Shown here: positions 63,438 to 64,000 of the stretch, piece by piece
Layout: each line of letters starts with the position of its first letter
Numbering within the stretch: position 1 is the first letter of the stretch
DNA from: Dehalococcoidia bacterium
Lineage (GTDB): Bacteria; Chloroflexota; Dehalococcoidia; Lucifugimonadales; JAGWBF01
Assembly: GCA_034422875.1 (NCBI GenBank)
Contig: DAOUJI010000107.1
Location: forward strand, 6,260 to 70,259
DNA: 64,000 bases
Direction: 5' to 3'
Notes under the pieces: model-generated
The model's input: only the letters and a program-made list of their open reading frames with translations
What the model was told of the DNA's origin: nothing
The model's database searches: none
Position numbers and translations under genes: made by a program

Positions 63438-64000
63438 GGTGATTATAGGAGCAATCACCAACTCATGGAGGGAACACATTCCCCATACCGACATGGCCCG
63501 AATGGTGGAGCGAGTGCGGAATCGAGGCGCTACTCACATCGAACTGCGGCAAACTTGTTTAGGGCAGTATGAACAGGGCGCGGGAGACGACTGGCGCCCC
63601 GACATAGCCGGGCTGGAGAAGCTGTCCCGAACCTTCCCCACTATGTCATTCAACCTGGCCGCAGGGTACCCTTGTCTGACCCGGGAGCAGGACCCCACCG
63701 AGCCGGTGTTTCAAGCCTGCCTGGAGACTGCGAAGCGAGTCAACCCGGTCACTCCCCGCCTGCGGTTAGTGGACACAACACGCTCCGAGGGATTCTGGGA
63801 GAAGCCTGACGACATACCCGCGACGGCCCTTGGAGTCGCCACCCTGGTGAGGGAAGCCGCCAGCCAGGGCGTTCAACTGTTTCTGGAAAACGGCCCTCAG
63901 CCCATCCGCTCCATGACCTTACTGGTGCAAGAGGTCAGAAACTCCCTTAGCCCGGAAGAAGCGGCCTATTTCGGACTGTGCCTCGACCCAATCAACAGCC
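63438..64000 (+). CDS. partial CDS (runs off right edge), xylose-isomerase-like TIM-barrel / sugar phosphate isomerase-epimerase family
   Basis: Not in the ORF track because no stop lies within the window. A GTG at 63438 follows GAAGGGGG, and the frame stays open to 64000 (VIIGAITNSWREHIP...HIELRQ...LFLENGP...). Confidence 0.5.

Noticed and set aside
63403-63441. The uORF ATGATGGAACAAGAAATTCCTGAAGGGGGTCCAAGGTGA as the true start of the TIM-barrel gene, via a G-run frameshift
   Set aside because: Adding one G would fuse it in frame. However, the GTG-initiated product already begins (M)IIGAITNSW, like typical family members, so no frameshift is needed. It is kept only as a possible leader peptide.
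1-64000. tRNA, rRNA, tmRNA and RNase P genes
   Set aside because: I scanned intergenic regions longer than about 100 nt for T-arm (GGTTCGAATCC-like) and other hallmark motifs. I found only a chance GGTTCGGAC at about 16929 with no cloverleaf context. A proper tRNAscan/Infernal run is still needed.

Overview
GC-rich bacterial chromosomal segment with about 70 protein-coding genes. I found no rRNA, tRNA or CRISPR array. The gene content includes family III CoA-transferases, F420-type LLM oxidoreductases, the futalosine menaquinone pathway, Pro/Thr-rich secreted proteins and GC-rich palindromic intergenic repeats. This is reminiscent of Chloroflexota, but that is only a guess. The backbone is housekeeping: selD, thiE, prfB, nfi, recJ, fabF, rnhB, mnmA, ribBA-ribE-ribD, dcd, an ECF sigma/anti-sigma module, mqn genes, rpmE-rpmA-rplU, rsmG, mfd, proB/proA, split transketolase, thpR and a DEAD-box helicase. 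Two recoding events are not captured by the ORF track. selD carries an in-frame UGA (selenocysteine) followed by a SECIS-like hairpin. prfB carries the classic CTT TGA C +1 frameshift. The backbone is interrupted by several lower-GC accessory islets. These are a Doc/RHH toxin-antitoxin pair, a GIY-YIG/DUF4357 nuclease cassette, a DUF433/PIN-like pair, a decayed hicBA-like remnant, a type II restriction-modification islet, an IS1-like transposase with a DUF2283 fusion protein, a PaREP1/HEPN-like gene between proB and proA, and a COG1373-type AAA/DUF4143 ATPase. Three of these islets (GIY-YIG nuclease, R-M islet, AAA ATPase) and the helicase gene are each bracketed by imperfect direct repeats of 21-126 bp, with no recombinase in sight. 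The feature I would look at first is a B12-type radical SAM enzyme next to fabF. It carries a C-terminal array of four 26-30 aa amphipathic repeats. All functional calls rest on motif recognition by eye; no database search was run.
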